Assembly: GCA_036497895.1 (NCBI GenBank)
Contig: DASXIR010000088.1
Coordinates: 1-53,972, forward strand
Source: Vicinamibacterales bacterium
GTDB taxonomy: Bacteria; Acidobacteriota; Vicinamibacteria; Vicinamibacterales; CAVVIG01
Direction: 5' to 3'
Length of the DNA stretch: 53,972 bases
Under the pieces are notes generated by a model. The model searched no databases, had not been told where the DNA came from, and worked only from the letters and a program-made list of their open reading frames with translations. Shown here in pieces: positions 32,980 to 43,143 of this stretch (within the stretch, counting starts at the first letter, position 1; the number at the start of each line of letters is the position of its first letter). The translations under genes were made by a program, and so were the position numbers.

Positions 32980-33938
32980 GGAAGCGGCGAAAAGGTGTCG
33001 CCCGCCGCCAGCGCATGACCGGCGAGAAATTCCCTCGTGGTCATCGGCCGTTTGCCCTCCGCCTGGACTTGCGTCAGCGCGATCGTACCGCTGCCAGTCG
33101 CGACGATCAGGCGGTCGCCGGCCGCCTCGATTACCGTGCCTGCGGTTGGACGCGCGTCCGGTGTGCGGTCAGGCTCGACCGTTGACGCGATCAAAATCAG
33201 CCGTTTGCCGTGCACGTAAGTGAAAGCGTGCGGCCAGGGATGCAGACCGCGAATCAGGTTGTGCACCCGCAAGGCCGGCCAGTTCCAATCGATCGCACCA
33301 TCGGCTCTCGAGAGCCGCTTCGCGTATGTCGCCGCGGCCGCGTCCTGCTCGACTTCGACGACCTGACCATTGGCGATCTGATCGACGACCGCCGTGAGCA
33401 GGCCAGCGCCGACGCGGGCCAGATCGCGCTCGACTGCGTCACTGGTGGCGTCCTCCGGAATGACGACGGTCTCCTGGGCCATCATCGGGCCGGCGTCGAG
33501 CGCCTTGACGACGCGCATGATCGTGACACCTGTGAGTGGCTCGCCATCAATCACGGCGCGGTGCACCGGTGCGGCGCCCCGGTACTTGGGCAGCAGGGAC
33601 GCGTGCACGTTGATCATCCCGAGCCTGGGCGTGGCGAGGACGGCGTCGGTGAGGATTTTCCCGTACGCCGCGACTACGCCCAGATCGGCGTTCCAGGCGG
33701 CGAGGCGTGCCAGAAAGGCGGCATCCTTCATGGCGTCGGGTTGCAGCACCGGAAGCGCGGCCGCGACCGCCCGGGCTTTGACCGGAGCATCGGAGACTCT
33801 CTGTCCGCGGCCGCGCGGGCGATCGGGCTGCGTCACGACGCCGACGACGGTGTGCGGCGTCGCGCCGAGCAGCGCGTCGAGCGACGGGACCGCGAACGCG
33901 GGCGTACCGAAGAAAACGATGCGGAGCGCGGTCACCAT
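32976..33938 (-). CDS. fmt: methionyl-tRNA formyltransferase
   Basis: 320 aa. It has IVFFGTPAFAVPSL, NVHASLLPKYRGAAP and a C-terminal Fmt domain. A 4-nt overlap with rsmB is present. Confidence 0.95.
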   Translation of the reverse strand: MVTALRIVFFGTPAFAVPSLDALLGATPHTVVGVVTQPDRPRGRGQRVSDAPVKARAVAAALPVLQPDAMKDAAFLARLAAWNADLGVVAAYGKILTDAVLATPRLGMINVHASLLPKYRGAAPVHRAVIDGEPLTGVTIMRVVKALDAGPMMAQETVVIPEDATSDAVERDLARVGAGLLTAVVDQIANGQVVEVEQDAAAATYAKRLSRADGAIDWNWPALRVHNLIRGLHPWPHAFTYVHGKRLILIASTVEPDRTPDARPTAGTVIEAAGDRLIVATGSGTIALTQVQAEGKRPMTTREFLAGHALAAGDTFSPLP

Positions 33939-34441
33939 TTGCCGGCGCGCGTCAGCTTGCGAATCTTGCGGACGATCAGGTCGCGCTTGATGCCGCGAAG
34001 GCGATCGACGAACAGCGTGCCGTCGAGATGATCCATCTCGTGTTGGAACGCGCGGGCCAGCAAGGCCGAGCCTTCAACTTGATGGTCGGCGCCGCTGCGA
34101 TCGAGGCCTTTGACGACAGCGCGCGTCGGCCTGACCACGGTCGCGTTGAAGCCAGGGACGCTCAGGCACCCCTCCTCTTCGAGCTGGACGCCTTCACGCT
34201 CGATGAATTCGGGGTTGATCATGACAATCAGTCCCGAGGGGTCGCGGCCGAGCGACACGTCGACGACGAAGATTCGAAGCGCTACGCCGACCTGGGTTGC
34301 GGCCAGGCCGACACCTGGTGCGGCATACATGGTTTCGATCATGTCGTCTACGAGCGTGACGATGTCGGCGCTGATTGCGTCCACCGGTTGGGCGCGTTCG
34401 TGAAGCGTGGTGTCGCCGTATTTGAGAATGGGTCGAATCAT
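33932..34441 (-). CDS. def: peptide deformylase
   Basis: 169 aa. All three motifs are present: GVGLAATQ, EGCLS and HEMDHL. Confidence 0.95.
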   Translation of the reverse strand: MIRPILKYGDTTLHERAQPVDAISADIVTLVDDMIETMYAAPGVGLAATQVGVALRIFVVDVSLGRDPSGLIVMINPEFIEREGVQLEEEGCLSVPGFNATVVRPTRAVVKGLDRSGADHQVEGSALLARAFQHEMDHLDGTLFVDRLRGIKRDLIVRKIRKLTRAGKW

Positions 34442-34521
34442 GTATTGTCGAACTGCAGGCCCACAGCAAACACAGAACCGCGGACCGCGGCGAAGTAACT
34501 CCTGACTGACTATCGTTGCGA

Positions 34522-35727
34522 TCAGGGTCGGACGAAGCGATCGGCTGTTCTGGCGCGGAACGCTTCCCAGTTGCGCACCAGCTCGTCGACCGAATCTCCG
34601 CCGAACTTTTCGATTACCGCTTCCGCAAGCACGAACGCCACCATCGCCTCGCCGACAACGGCTGCGGCCGGGACCGCGCAGACATCGCTGCGTTCGATCG
34701 CGGCCGGGCTGACGGTCATCGTCGTCAGATCGACCGAGCGGAGCGGCTTCATCAAGGTCGAGATCGGCTTCATGTATCCGGTGACGCGAAGATCCTCGCC
34801 GTTGGTGACGCCGCCTTCGAGGCCGCCGGCGTTGTTCGTCGGCCGTGCGATCGGCATCGTGCGACCGCCAGGGGAGCCGGCGGGAAGAATCTCGTCATGG
34901 ACGCGCGAGCCGGGAATGGTCGCGACGCCCGGCCCACGGCCAATGCCAACCGCCTTGATTGCCGGGATCGACATCAGCGCCTGTGCAAGCCGTCCGTCAA
35001 GTTTGCGGTCCCACTGCACGTAGCTGCCGAGCCCCGGCGGCACTCCACGCGCGATGATCTCGAAGCTGCCGCCCATCGTGTCGCCGGCATCGCGGGCGCG
35101 ATCGATCTCGGCGATCATCTGCTGTTCGACGCCGGTGTCGGCGCAGTGCAGCGGCGAATCGATCGCAATCGCCCGCGCCGTTTCGAAGGTGATCGCCAGC
35201 GGGTCGGCGATCGACACCCCGCCAATCGTCGTCACGTGGCTGACGATCTCGGTCCCGACACGGCACAACAGCTGGCGCGCGATCGCGCCAACCGCCACGC
35301 GGGCCGCGGTTTCGCGCGCGCTCGCCCGTTCGAGAACGTTGCGCATGTCGTCGAGGCCGTACTTCACGAAGCCGGCGAGGTCGGCGTGTCCCGGCCGTGG
35401 TCGCGTGACGGGCGCCCGGTCGGCGCCGGAGGCGGCCACCGGCATCTCGGGCTCCGAGTGCATCGTGCGCTGCCAGTTTTCCCAGTCCTTGTTGGGGATG
35501 AGCAGTGCGATTGGCGCGCCGGTGGTGACGCCGTGCCGGACACCGCTCAGCGGCTCGGCGCGGTCGGACTCGATCGCCATCCGTCGTCCGCGACCGTAGC
35601 CGGTCTGGCGCCGGCGGAGTTCGGCGGTCATGGCGTCGATGTCGATCGTGAGACCAGCCGGAACGCCTTCGACGAGGGCGATGAGCGCTTTTCCATGCGA
35701 CTCGCCGGCTGTGAGAAATCGCAGCAT
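34522..35727 (-). CDS. aroC: chorismate synthase
   Basis: 401 aa. It has the MLRFLTAGESHG N-terminus plus the RPGHAD and GGRSSARET-like (ERASARETAARV) blocks. Confidence 0.95.
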   Translation of the reverse strand: MLRFLTAGESHGKALIALVEGVPAGLTIDIDAMTAELRRRQTGYGRGRRMAIESDRAEPLSGVRHGVTTGAPIALLIPNKDWENWQRTMHSEPEMPVAASGADRAPVTRPRPGHADLAGFVKYGLDDMRNVLERASARETAARVAVGAIARQLLCRVGTEIVSHVTTIGGVSIADPLAITFETARAIAIDSPLHCADTGVEQQMIAEIDRARDAGDTMGGSFEIIARGVPPGLGSYVQWDRKLDGRLAQALMSIPAIKAVGIGRGPGVATIPGSRVHDEILPAGSPGGRTMPIARPTNNAGGLEGGVTNGEDLRVTGYMKPISTLMKPLRSVDLTTMTVSPAAIERSDVCAVPAAAVVGEAMVAFVLAEAVIEKFGGDSVDELVRNWEAFRARTADRFVRP

Positions 35728-35846
35728 GCGTTTTTATTCTATCCGAAAAAATTGCCGCTTCCGGCGGCGCCCATAGCCTGATCGTGCTCGTGCGAGGCAC
35801 GGGCCGCCTTCTTGCACCACGTCGTCACCTAGCACAGGAGGACGCC

Positions 35847-38800
35847 GTGCATCTTGTGGCGGATCGATTCGCAGTGGACGACAACCGCCGGGCGATCGAC
35901 CTGGCGACCGGCAGAGCAGTGACGCTCGTGATCACGACCGCCGGCGGCGTGGCCGAGCAGCTGCGCTGGAGCGCACGATGCGATGTCTTGTGGAGACTCC
36001 GCCATCGCGCACTGGCGCCGCTGGTTGACTACGGCCCGATCGGCGAATCGTCGCGTTTCGAGGCGTGGTCGTCGAACGGCGCGTGGCAGGGAGCTCCCGC
36101 CGCGGCGGTTGTGGCCTTCGACGAAGTGCGTCGCGTGTTCGGGGCGGTAGGCTTATCGCTGGGCGGCTCGCCGGCGTCGGTCAGGACCGGAAATCGCGGG
36201 GAGGTACGGTTGCTACCCGATCCGGAGACCGGCTACCCGTCCGAGGTGAGCGAACCGATCGACGAGCTTTCTCTGCGTCAGCGAGGCATGGCAGTCATCG
36301 ACCGGGCGGTGGTGGCTGCGATCGCCGAGATGTTCGAAGGTCCGCCCAATCATCGCCTGCACGCCACAGCGTTGTGGGGGTCCCGCGGATCGGGAAAGGG
36401 CCTGGCGGTGCGCGAACTGGCGCGCCTGGCGAGACTGCGCGGGTTCGTTCCGGTTACGGCGCGGTTCGTGACCTCGCGGTTCGCGCGGCTCTGGTCGGAT
36501 CGCAGTTTGTTCGTGATCGAAGACGGACCGCCGCAGGACGCGTGGCCGGCGATCCTGCACGCCACGCTGTCGGTGTCGCAGCCGCACGCAGTACTGGTTG
36601 TCGGCCTCGAAGAAGCAGCCGGCATACACGGCGTCGGACTCGATCGCATCCCGCCGGACGATCTCGTCGAGGCGCTTCGCCCCGCGACGCTCGGTCCGCG
36701 AGCCGAACGCACGGCTAGTCGCGTTGCCGAGCGATCACGCGGTCTCCCGGGCGCGTTTGCCAGTTTGCTGGGCATCGAGCTTTCGAACGCGTCGGATTCA
36801 AAGAAATCCCGGCAGTCGCAGGCGGTCATGGCCGCAGAGCACCCGGCGCTCTATGGCATCGGAGGAAATGCCGGCGACGGCGTGGAGACGCCGGCCCTCG
36901 GCGCTTCACCCAATCGTGGTCGGGGGTGGGCGTCGCCGGGCGAGTTGACGATGTTGCGCAGGCGGATGGATGGCGCGATGACCCAGATTGCTGCCGGAAG
37001 GCACGCCCCGGGCATGCGGCAACTGCGCCACTGCATCGGCGCGCTCGCGAGGCGCGACGATTGGACGGAGGCGTGCCGGGGAGCGATCGAGTTGGGTTGG
37101 ACGCTCTTACGTCGTGGCCGGACCCGCGAGGCTCAGAACGCGATCGAGAATGCCCGGATCTACGCCAGCCACAGCGACTCCTCGAAATTGCTGTTGGAGG
37201 TCGCGCTGCTCAGTGGCGAAGCGTGGATCGACTCGGCACGACTCGACGAGGCGGAACGGGTGCTTGGGACGGAGCTCGTGTCGGCGCGAGCGGCACGCGA
37301 TCACGAATGCGCCGCGCGCGCCGGTGTGTCGCTGGCCCGATGCCTGTTCTGGCGAGGCCGGTACGCCGACGCGGATGTGGCGCTGAGCGCGATTGGCGAC
37401 AAGGATGCGGTGGCGATACGGTCGCGTCACGCGCGTCAGGCGGCACGGATCGCGATCGGCCTGCGCGACGTCGGCAGGGCGATGACCCTGATCACCGGCG
37501 CATGCGAGCAGGCACGCGCGATCGCCGATCCGGCGCTCGTCGCCGCCGCCTCGTGCACGGCCGCGTTCGTGCACCTCGCGGTCGGCGACCTCGACGCCGC
37601 CGCTCGCGACGTCGATGAATGCCGCACCGCCGCCCGAGCCGCCCACGATCCGCTGCGCGCGGTCCGTGCCGTTTTGTTGTTGTGCGAAATCGAGCGACGG
37701 CGCGGATCGCCTTCGGCGGTCGCGGCGCAAGTGCGACGCCTTGTCCGGATTGGCCAAACACTGCCGCCAATTCTGAGAGCCCGTGCGGATCTCGCCGGCC
37801 TGGTAATGTCAGGCGACCCGAATCCGGTCGGCCTCGTCCAGCGCCGCGCCGCGGCCACTGGCCTCGACGCACTTTCGCTCCTCGTCTCAGCACCGCCGCG
37901 TCTGGATCTGACGCGCACGGCCGATCCGATCGCAGACGATATCGTTGGCGTGCTGCGTGCCTGCCAGACCGCTGAAGACGAGGTCACGGTGCTGAAGGAT
38001 GTCTGCGCGCTGGTCCGCGCCCAGATGCGAGCGGCCTCGGTCGCCTTCGTCGTTCCGAACGACGGGCGAGCCGGCATCCTGACCTGCGACGGCTCGCGTC
38101 TGGACATCGAGATCGGCATGCGTGCGCTGGCGGCCGGCGTCACCTTGCCGCCGCACCGCCACGACGACCGGATCGACGCGGCGGCACCGGTCCACTATGG
38201 CGGCGCATTCATCGGGGCGCTGTGCGCCCGCTGGACCCTGGGCTCGACCGAAGACCTCTCGCGCGCGCCGATTGTCCTGACCACGAGTGCGGCAGCCGCG
38301 GCGCCCATCCTGTCGGCGGCGCTGGCCCGCCGCGAGCAGGCAAGCGCGGCGCCGAGCGAGCTTCTGGGCGTGACGCCGTCCATGAACGAACTCCGCTCCA
38401 GTGTCGAGCGCGCCGGCGCGGCGCCGTTTGCCGTCCTCGTCGATGGCGAAAGCGGCAGCGGCAAGGAACTGGTGGCGCGTGCCATTCATCGTGCCGGTCC
38501 GCGGCGCGATCGTCCGTTCTGCACGCTCAACTGCGCGGCGCTGCCCGATGACTTGGTCGAGGCTGAACTGTTTGGTCATGCGCGCGGCGCATTCACCGGC
38601 GCCATTGCCGATCGCCCGGGCGTGTTCGAGGAAGCCAACGGCGGCACGCTCTTCCTTGACGAAATCGGCGAACTCTCGCCACGCGCGCAGGCCAAAATCC
38701 TCCGCGTCATCCAGGAGGGAGAACTGCGCCGCGTCGGCGAGAACGTCACGCGTCGCGTGGACGTCCGGATCGTCGCCGCCACCAATCGCGATCTGCCCGC

Positions 38801-39281
38801 GGAAGTCGTGGCCGGACGGTTTCGCCTCGACCTGCTGTACCGCCTCGACGTGGTCCGTGTACGCGTGCCGCCACTGCGGGAGCGTCGCGAGGACATCCCG
38901 GTATTGGCGGATCACTTCTGGCGCGAATCGACCCGGCGCCTGGGCAGCCGCGCCAGCCTTGGCTCGGCAACGATGGCGGCGCTCGCACGTTATGATTGGC
39001 CGGGAAATGTGCGGGAGTTGCAGAACGTGCTGGCGGCGCTGACCGTTCGGAGCCCCAAGCGCGGCGTCGTGCCGCCTGAAGCGCTGCCGGCTTCATTCAC
39101 CGACGTTCAGAGGCGCGAAACCTGGCGCCTGGACGAGGCACGCAGGACGTTCGAATCACGATTCATCCGGGCTGCGCTGGTCCGGAGCGGGGGGCATCGC
39201 GGGCGGGCCGCCGCCGAACTCGGCGTCACGCGACAAGGTCTGACCAAACTGATCACCCGGCTCGGGATTGGCGCCGAATGA
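35847..39281 (+). CDS. sigma-54-dependent transcriptional activator with ~800-aa N-terminal extension (Walker-A-like module + TPR-like repeats + GAF-like region)
   Basis: The GTG at 35847 is preceded by AGGAGG 5 nt upstream. The C-terminal third has [15 protein letters not shown] (Walker A), [14 protein letters not shown] (Walker B), an Arg-finger region and a Fis-type HTH ([16 protein letters not shown]). A second P-loop-like GSRGSGKG lies at 36378-36401. Confidence 0.85.
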   Translation: MHLVADRFAVDDNRRAIDLATGRAVTLVITTAGGVAEQLRWSARCDVLWRLRHRALAPLVDYGPIGESSRFEAWSSNGAWQGAPAAAVVAFDEVRRVFGAVGLSLGGSPASVRTGNRGEVRLLPDPETGYPSEVSEPIDELSLRQRGMAVIDRAVVAAIAEMFEGPPNHRLHATALWGSRGSGKGLAVRELARLARLRGFVPVTARFVTSRFARLWSDRSLFVIEDGPPQDAWPAILHATLSVSQPHAVLVVGLEEAAGIHGVGLDRIPPDDLVEALRPATLGPRAERTASRVAERSRGLPGAFASLLGIELSNASDSKKSRQSQAVMAAEHPALYGIGGNAGDGVETPALGASPNRGRGWASPGELTMLRRRMDGAMTQIAAGRHAPGMRQLRHCIGALARRDDWTEACRGAIELGWTLLRRGRTREAQNAIENARIYASHSDSSKLLLEVALLSGEAWIDSARLDEAERVLGTELVSARAARDHECAARAGVSLARCLFWRGRYADADVALSAIGDKDAVAIRSRHARQAARIAIGLRDVGRAMTLITGACEQARAIADPALVAAASCTAAFVHLAVGDLDAAARDVDECRTAARAAHDPLRAVRAVLLLCEIERRRGSPSAVAAQVRRLVRIGQTLPPILRARADLAGLVMSGDPNPVGLVQRRAAATGLDALSLLVSAPPRLDLTRTADPIADDIVGVLRACQTAEDEVTVLKDVCALVRAQMRAASVAFVVPNDGRAGILTCDGSRLDIEIGMRALAAGVTLPPHRHDDRIDAAAPVHYGGAFIGALCARWTLGSTEDLSRAPIVLTTSAAAAAPILSAALARREQASAAPSELLGVTPSMNELRSSVERAGAAPFAVLVDGESGSGKELVARAIHRAGPRRDRPFCTLNCAALPDDLVEAELFGHARGAFTGAIADRPGVFEEANGGTLFLDEIGELSPRAQAKILRVIQEGELRRVGENVTRRVDVRIVAATNRDLPAEVVAGRFRLDLLYRLDVVRVRVPPLRERREDIPVLADHFWRESTRRLGSRASLGSATMAALARYDWPGNVRELQNVLAALTVRSPKRGVVPPEALPASFTDVQRRETWRLDEARRTFESRFIRAALVRSGGHRGRAAAELGVTRQGLTKLITRLGIGAE

Positions 39282-40198
39282 CTCGCTTCCTCGTGCGGCG
39301 GCTGCTGCTGACGATCCCGGTCCTCCTCGGTGTGGCCACGCTCGTCTTTTCGCTGATTCACCTGGTGCCCGGCGATCCGGTCCAGGCGATGCTGGGAGAC
39401 AGCGCGTCTCCGCAGGACATCAGCGAGTTGCGAGGTCGCCTGGGTCTGGACCGTCCGCTCTACGTGCAGTACGGTGCGTTCCTGAAGGGTTTGTCCCGGG
39501 GCGACCTTGGTGCGTCGCTTCGTACGAACCAGCCGGTGACGGCTTCGATTGTCGAGCGCCTGCCCGCGACCTTCGAGCTGGCGTTCGCGGCGATGGCACT
39601 GGCGACGTTGATGGCGATTCCACTCGGGATCCTGGCGGCGGCCCGCGCCGGCACGCAAGTGGACCACGCGGCGACCACGCTGGCGCTGGTCGGCATCTCG
39701 ATTCCGAATTTCTGGCTGGGCCCGCTGCTGGCGATTGTTTTCTCGATCACGCTCGGATGGCTGCCGGTCTCCGGCCGCGGCACCCTGGCGCATCTGGTGT
39801 TGCCGGCGGTGACGCTTGGTGCGCCGCTCGCCGCGGTGCTCGCCAGGATGACGAGGGCGAGCGTCATCGAGGAACTGCGCGAGCTGTATGTGCTGGCCGC
39901 CCGCGCTCGGGGCGTCTCGCGCGTCGGCGCGATTGTCGGTCACGCGTTCCGCAACAGCCTCATCCCGATCGTCACGGTGCTCGGCCTTCAGTTCGGCGCC
40001 GTTCTCACCGGTGCCGTGATCACCGAGACGATCTTTGCCTGGCCCGGCGTGGGACGGCTATTGATTCAGTCGATCAACTTCCGCGACTATCCGCTGGTCG
40101 AAGGCTGCATCCTGTTGATTGCCGTTACCTACGTCGGGATGAATCTGCTGACCGATCTGGCCTACGGCCTGCTCGATCCCCGGATCCGGTACCGCTGA
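39278..40198 (+). CDS. ABC transporter permease (peptide/nickel, DppB/OppB-like)
   Basis: 306 aa. It has the [10 protein letters not shown]...HLVPGDP N-terminus and the EAA loop region (EELRELYVLAARARG). A 4-nt overlap with the activator gene is present. Confidence 0.9.
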   Translation: MTRFLVRRLLLTIPVLLGVATLVFSLIHLVPGDPVQAMLGDSASPQDISELRGRLGLDRPLYVQYGAFLKGLSRGDLGASLRTNQPVTASIVERLPATFELAFAAMALATLMAIPLGILAAARAGTQVDHAATTLALVGISIPNFWLGPLLAIVFSITLGWLPVSGRGTLAHLVLPAVTLGAPLAAVLARMTRASVIEELRELYVLAARARGVSRVGAIVGHAFRNSLIPIVTVLGLQFGAVLTGAVITETIFAWPGVGRLLIQSINFRDYPLVEGCILLIAVTYVGMNLLTDLAYGLLDPRIRYR

Positions 40199-40199
40199 C

Positions 40200-40997
40200 G
40201 TGCTGAAGATTGGCGCCGCGATCGTCGTCGCCGCGGCGCTGGCCGCGATCGTTGGACCGTCACTGACCCCGTTCGATCCGGCGGCACAGGATCTCGCGCT
40301 GCGGCTGGCGGGCCCGAGCGCCGCGCACTGGTTCGGTCTCGACGAACTCGGTCGCGACATCCTCGCGCGGGTGCTGGCCGGCGCTCGCATTTCCTTTCTG
40401 GTCGGGCTCACGGTGGTCTCGGTCTCGGCGTCAGTCGGCACGCTGCTCGGCGCCGTCGCCGGTTATTTTGGCGGTGTCACCGACGATGTGATCAGCCGGA
40501 TCATCGATGTGCTGTTGGCGTTTCCGGGGCTGCTGCTGGCGATTGCCCTGGTCGCGGTGCTGGGTCCGAGCCTGGGCAACGTGTTGTTCGCGCTGACGGT
40601 GATTGGCTGGGTCGGGTACGCGCGGCTGGTTCGCGGCCAGGTGCTGCGCGCGCGCGAATTCGAATACGTTCAGGCCGCGCGTGCGGCGGGCGCGGGCACG
40701 CCCCGCATTCTCTGGCGGCATGTGATTCCCAGCGCGATTCCCGCCGTGGTCGTGCAGGGCACGCTCGGCATGGCCGGCGCAATCATCGGTGAGGCGGCGC
40801 TCAGTTTTCTCGGATTGGGCGTCCAGCCGCCGACACCGAGTTGGGGCACGATGCTGAATGGCGGCCGTGCCCATCTGCTGGACGCTCCTCACCTGACCGT
40901 CGTGCCCGGCCTCGCCATCGCGGTTCTTGTGCTCGGATTCAATTTTCTCGGCGACGGTCTCCGCGACGCGACCGATCCCAAACGCGCCGGCCGCTGA
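40200..40997 (+). CDS. ABC transporter permease (peptide/nickel, DppC/OppC-like)
   Basis: 265 aa. It has HWFGLDELGRDILARV and an EAA loop (EFEYVQAARAAGAG). It starts 1 nt after the upstream stop. Confidence 0.9.
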   Translation: MLKIGAAIVVAAALAAIVGPSLTPFDPAAQDLALRLAGPSAAHWFGLDELGRDILARVLAGARISFLVGLTVVSVSASVGTLLGAVAGYFGGVTDDVISRIIDVLLAFPGLLLAIALVAVLGPSLGNVLFALTVIGWVGYARLVRGQVLRAREFEYVQAARAAGAGTPRILWRHVIPSAIPAVVVQGTLGMAGAIIGEAALSFLGLGVQPPTPSWGTMLNGGRAHLLDAPHLTVVPGLAIAVLVLGFNFLGDGLRDATDPKRAGR

Positions 40998-41012
40998 GAC
41001 GGATCGCGGCGG

Positions 41013-42395
41013 CTAACGGATTCTGCGTGCCAGGACGGCGAGCTGGGCGTTCTTCGGATCGCGGTCGAGGCCGCGGGCGATCGTTGCCTGCGCACCTGTC
41101 CGATCACCGTTGCGAAATTGCGCGTCGGCGAGCGAGGCCAGCAGCAATGGGTCGTTCGGGCTGGCTGCCGTGGCCTGCGTCAACCACTCGACCGCGGTCG
41201 GCACGTCGTTCAGGCGAAGCGACAGCGCCGCGATCTGCACGGCGCGGGAGACCGCGTTCGTGTCCGGCCGGATAAGTGTCCCGTACGCGATTAATGCGTT
41301 GCGCGCCGGCGTCAGGTGATTCTGTTTCTCGGCGACCGCAGCGTAGAGCAGAAACGCCGAAGGCTCGACCGGGAATCGCGTGATCGCCTGCTCGAGCGCG
41401 CGCTCGCCATCCGCGACTGCGCCCTCATCGAGCAGCGCACGGGCGTATAGCGTGAGCAGATCGCTCGGCGCGGCCGGGCTGGACGCCGCGCGTTCGAGCG
41501 CCTCCCTCGCCTTACTCAGAAACGCGGCATCGTCGCGCGGACGCTCGAGCCAGATTTGACCGAGGGCACGATAGATGAGTGGGTCGTTGTGGTGGCGCTC
41601 GAGCGCGCTGCCGAGGGTCAGGACGGCGAGATCCCAGTGGCCGGCCTGCGCGTGTGCCATCGCCACCGCGACCTGACGCTCGACCCGGGCCGGATCGAGC
41701 GCCGCCAGCACTTGAAGTTGTTCGATCTGGTCGGTCCGACGACCGTGAGCACCGTACAAATCGGCGAGTTCGTCGCGGGCGGCGACGAGGCCGGGGGCGA
41801 GGGCCAGCGCCCGCTCGAAGGCGCGCATGGCTTCGGTGGGGCGTCCCTTTTCACGCAGACACATGCCCAGAAGATAGTGCGCGTCCGCCTGCCGCTCGTC
41901 GAGGCGTACGGTCCGCGAGACCGCATCCAGTGCGGCGTCCACATCGCCGTCGCGATAGCGGGCGAGGCCCAGTTTGTGACTGATCCGCGCCGAGCGATCG
42001 TCGAGGGCGATGGCCCGTTCGAAAGCGTCGGCGGCCCGTCCGTAGCGGTCGAGTTGATAATTGACATCGCCCAGCGCTTCGAGCGGCGCGATGGCGGCAG
42101 GGTCAAGGGCGGCCGCCTTCCTGAAGTCGCGGGCGGCGGCGTCGAGGTCGCCGCGATCGCCTCGTCGCCGGTACGTCTGGCCTCGGCGCAGATAGGCGAG
42201 CATCGAATCCGGATGAAGCTCGATGGCGCCGCTGTAGGCCTCGATCGCGGCAAAGCTCTGGTCGTCGCGCAGGGCGTTGTCGCCGCGGGTCAGGGCGGCA
42301 CGGTAGTCCCGCTGGCGTGCGGTGGCTTGATAGAGCAGCGCCGCGCCAGCCGCCGTCAGTAGCAGGACTGTTACGAACGCGATAGCTCGGGTCAC
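41013..42395 (-). CDS. tetratricopeptide-repeat protein with N-terminal membrane anchor
   Basis: 460 aa. An N-terminal TM helix (AIAFVTVLLLTAAGAALL) is followed by many 34-aa TPR-like units (A..Y..A..L.P...A...LG). Confidence 0.75.
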   Translation of the reverse strand: MTRAIAFVTVLLLTAAGAALLYQATARQRDYRAALTRGDNALRDDQSFAAIEAYSGAIELHPDSMLAYLRRGQTYRRRGDRGDLDAAARDFRKAAALDPAAIAPLEALGDVNYQLDRYGRAADAFERAIALDDRSARISHKLGLARYRDGDVDAALDAVSRTVRLDERQADAHYLLGMCLREKGRPTEAMRAFERALALAPGLVAARDELADLYGAHGRRTDQIEQLQVLAALDPARVERQVAVAMAHAQAGHWDLAVLTLGSALERHHNDPLIYRALGQIWLERPRDDAAFLSKAREALERAASSPAAPSDLLTLYARALLDEGAVADGERALEQAITRFPVEPSAFLLYAAVAEKQNHLTPARNALIAYGTLIRPDTNAVSRAVQIAALSLRLNDVPTAVEWLTQATAASPNDPLLLASLADAQFRNGDRTGAQATIARGLDRDPKNAQLAVLARRIR

Positions 42396-42488
42396 GATGG
42401 TCCTATCCTACCAGCCGCCCAGCCGGGGCTCGGACCGGTGGCCGGGCGACCTGACCGGCGGCCTCCCTGGGGGCGCGGGCCGGACCGA

Positions 42489-42516
42489 GGAACTTTCGCG
42501 CACGATCGGGGTCTAA
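42489..42516 (+). promoter_or_regulatory. putative ECF-type promoter (GGAACTT-N15-GTCTAA)
   Basis: Read directly: GGAACTT tcgcgcacgatcggg GTCTAA. It ends 9 nt before the first candidate start of the ECF sigma gene and resembles autoregulated ECF promoters. Confidence 0.35.
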
Positions 42517-42525
42517 CTTGTTATA

Positions 42526-43143
42526 GTGGAAGCCTCTGTGAAGCAGGAGCGGGTTGCCAGTTGGTCCGACGTCGACGGCCGTGAGGCCGGCCTGGTGCAG
42601 CGGTGCGCTGCCGGCGACGAGGCTGCCTGCGCGGACCTGGTCACCGAACATCAACGGATGGTCGTCCAGCTGGCGATGAACCTGCTTGGCGATCGCGAGG
42701 AAGCGCTCGACCTTTCGCAGGAAGTCTTCCTCCGGGTCTTCCGAACCATTCATCGCTTCCGCGGCCAGTCGAGCCTGCGTACTTGGATTTACCGAATCGC
42801 GGTGAACCAGGCACGGAACCGGCACCGCTTCTGGCGGCGTCGGCATCGCGCCGACCAGGTGCCGCTCGAGCAGCACATCGCCGCGCACGGCGACTTCCCA
42901 TCGTGCCGGCAGGAAACTCCCGACCGCATGTTCGCGCAGAAGCAGCTCGCCGCGAAGCTGCAGGAAGCGCTCGATCATCTGCCGTTCGATCAGCGCACCG
43001 CGATCATCCTCCGCGAGATCGACGGGTTGAGCTACGACGAAATTGCGTTCTCGCTGGGGGTTGCGGTCGGCACGGTCAAGTCGCGCCTGACTCGCGCCCG
43101 TCAATCATTGCGTCTCGAGCTGCGCGACGAGAGGTTTGCGTGA
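42526..43143 (+). CDS. ECF (sigma-70 family group IV) RNA polymerase sigma factor
   Basis: It has region 2 (DLSQEVFLRVFRTIHRFRGQSSLRTWIYRIAVNQ) and region 4 (REIDGLSYDEIAFSLGVAVGTVKSRLTRAR). The start is uncertain between GTG 42526 and GTG 42538. Confidence 0.85.
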   Translation: MEASVKQERVASWSDVDGREAGLVQRCAAGDEAACADLVTEHQRMVVQLAMNLLGDREEALDLSQEVFLRVFRTIHRFRGQSSLRTWIYRIAVNQARNRHRFWRRRHRADQVPLEQHIAAHGDFPSCRQETPDRMFAQKQLAAKLQEALDHLPFDQRTAIILREIDGLSYDEIAFSLGVAVGTVKSRLTRARQSLRLELRDERFA

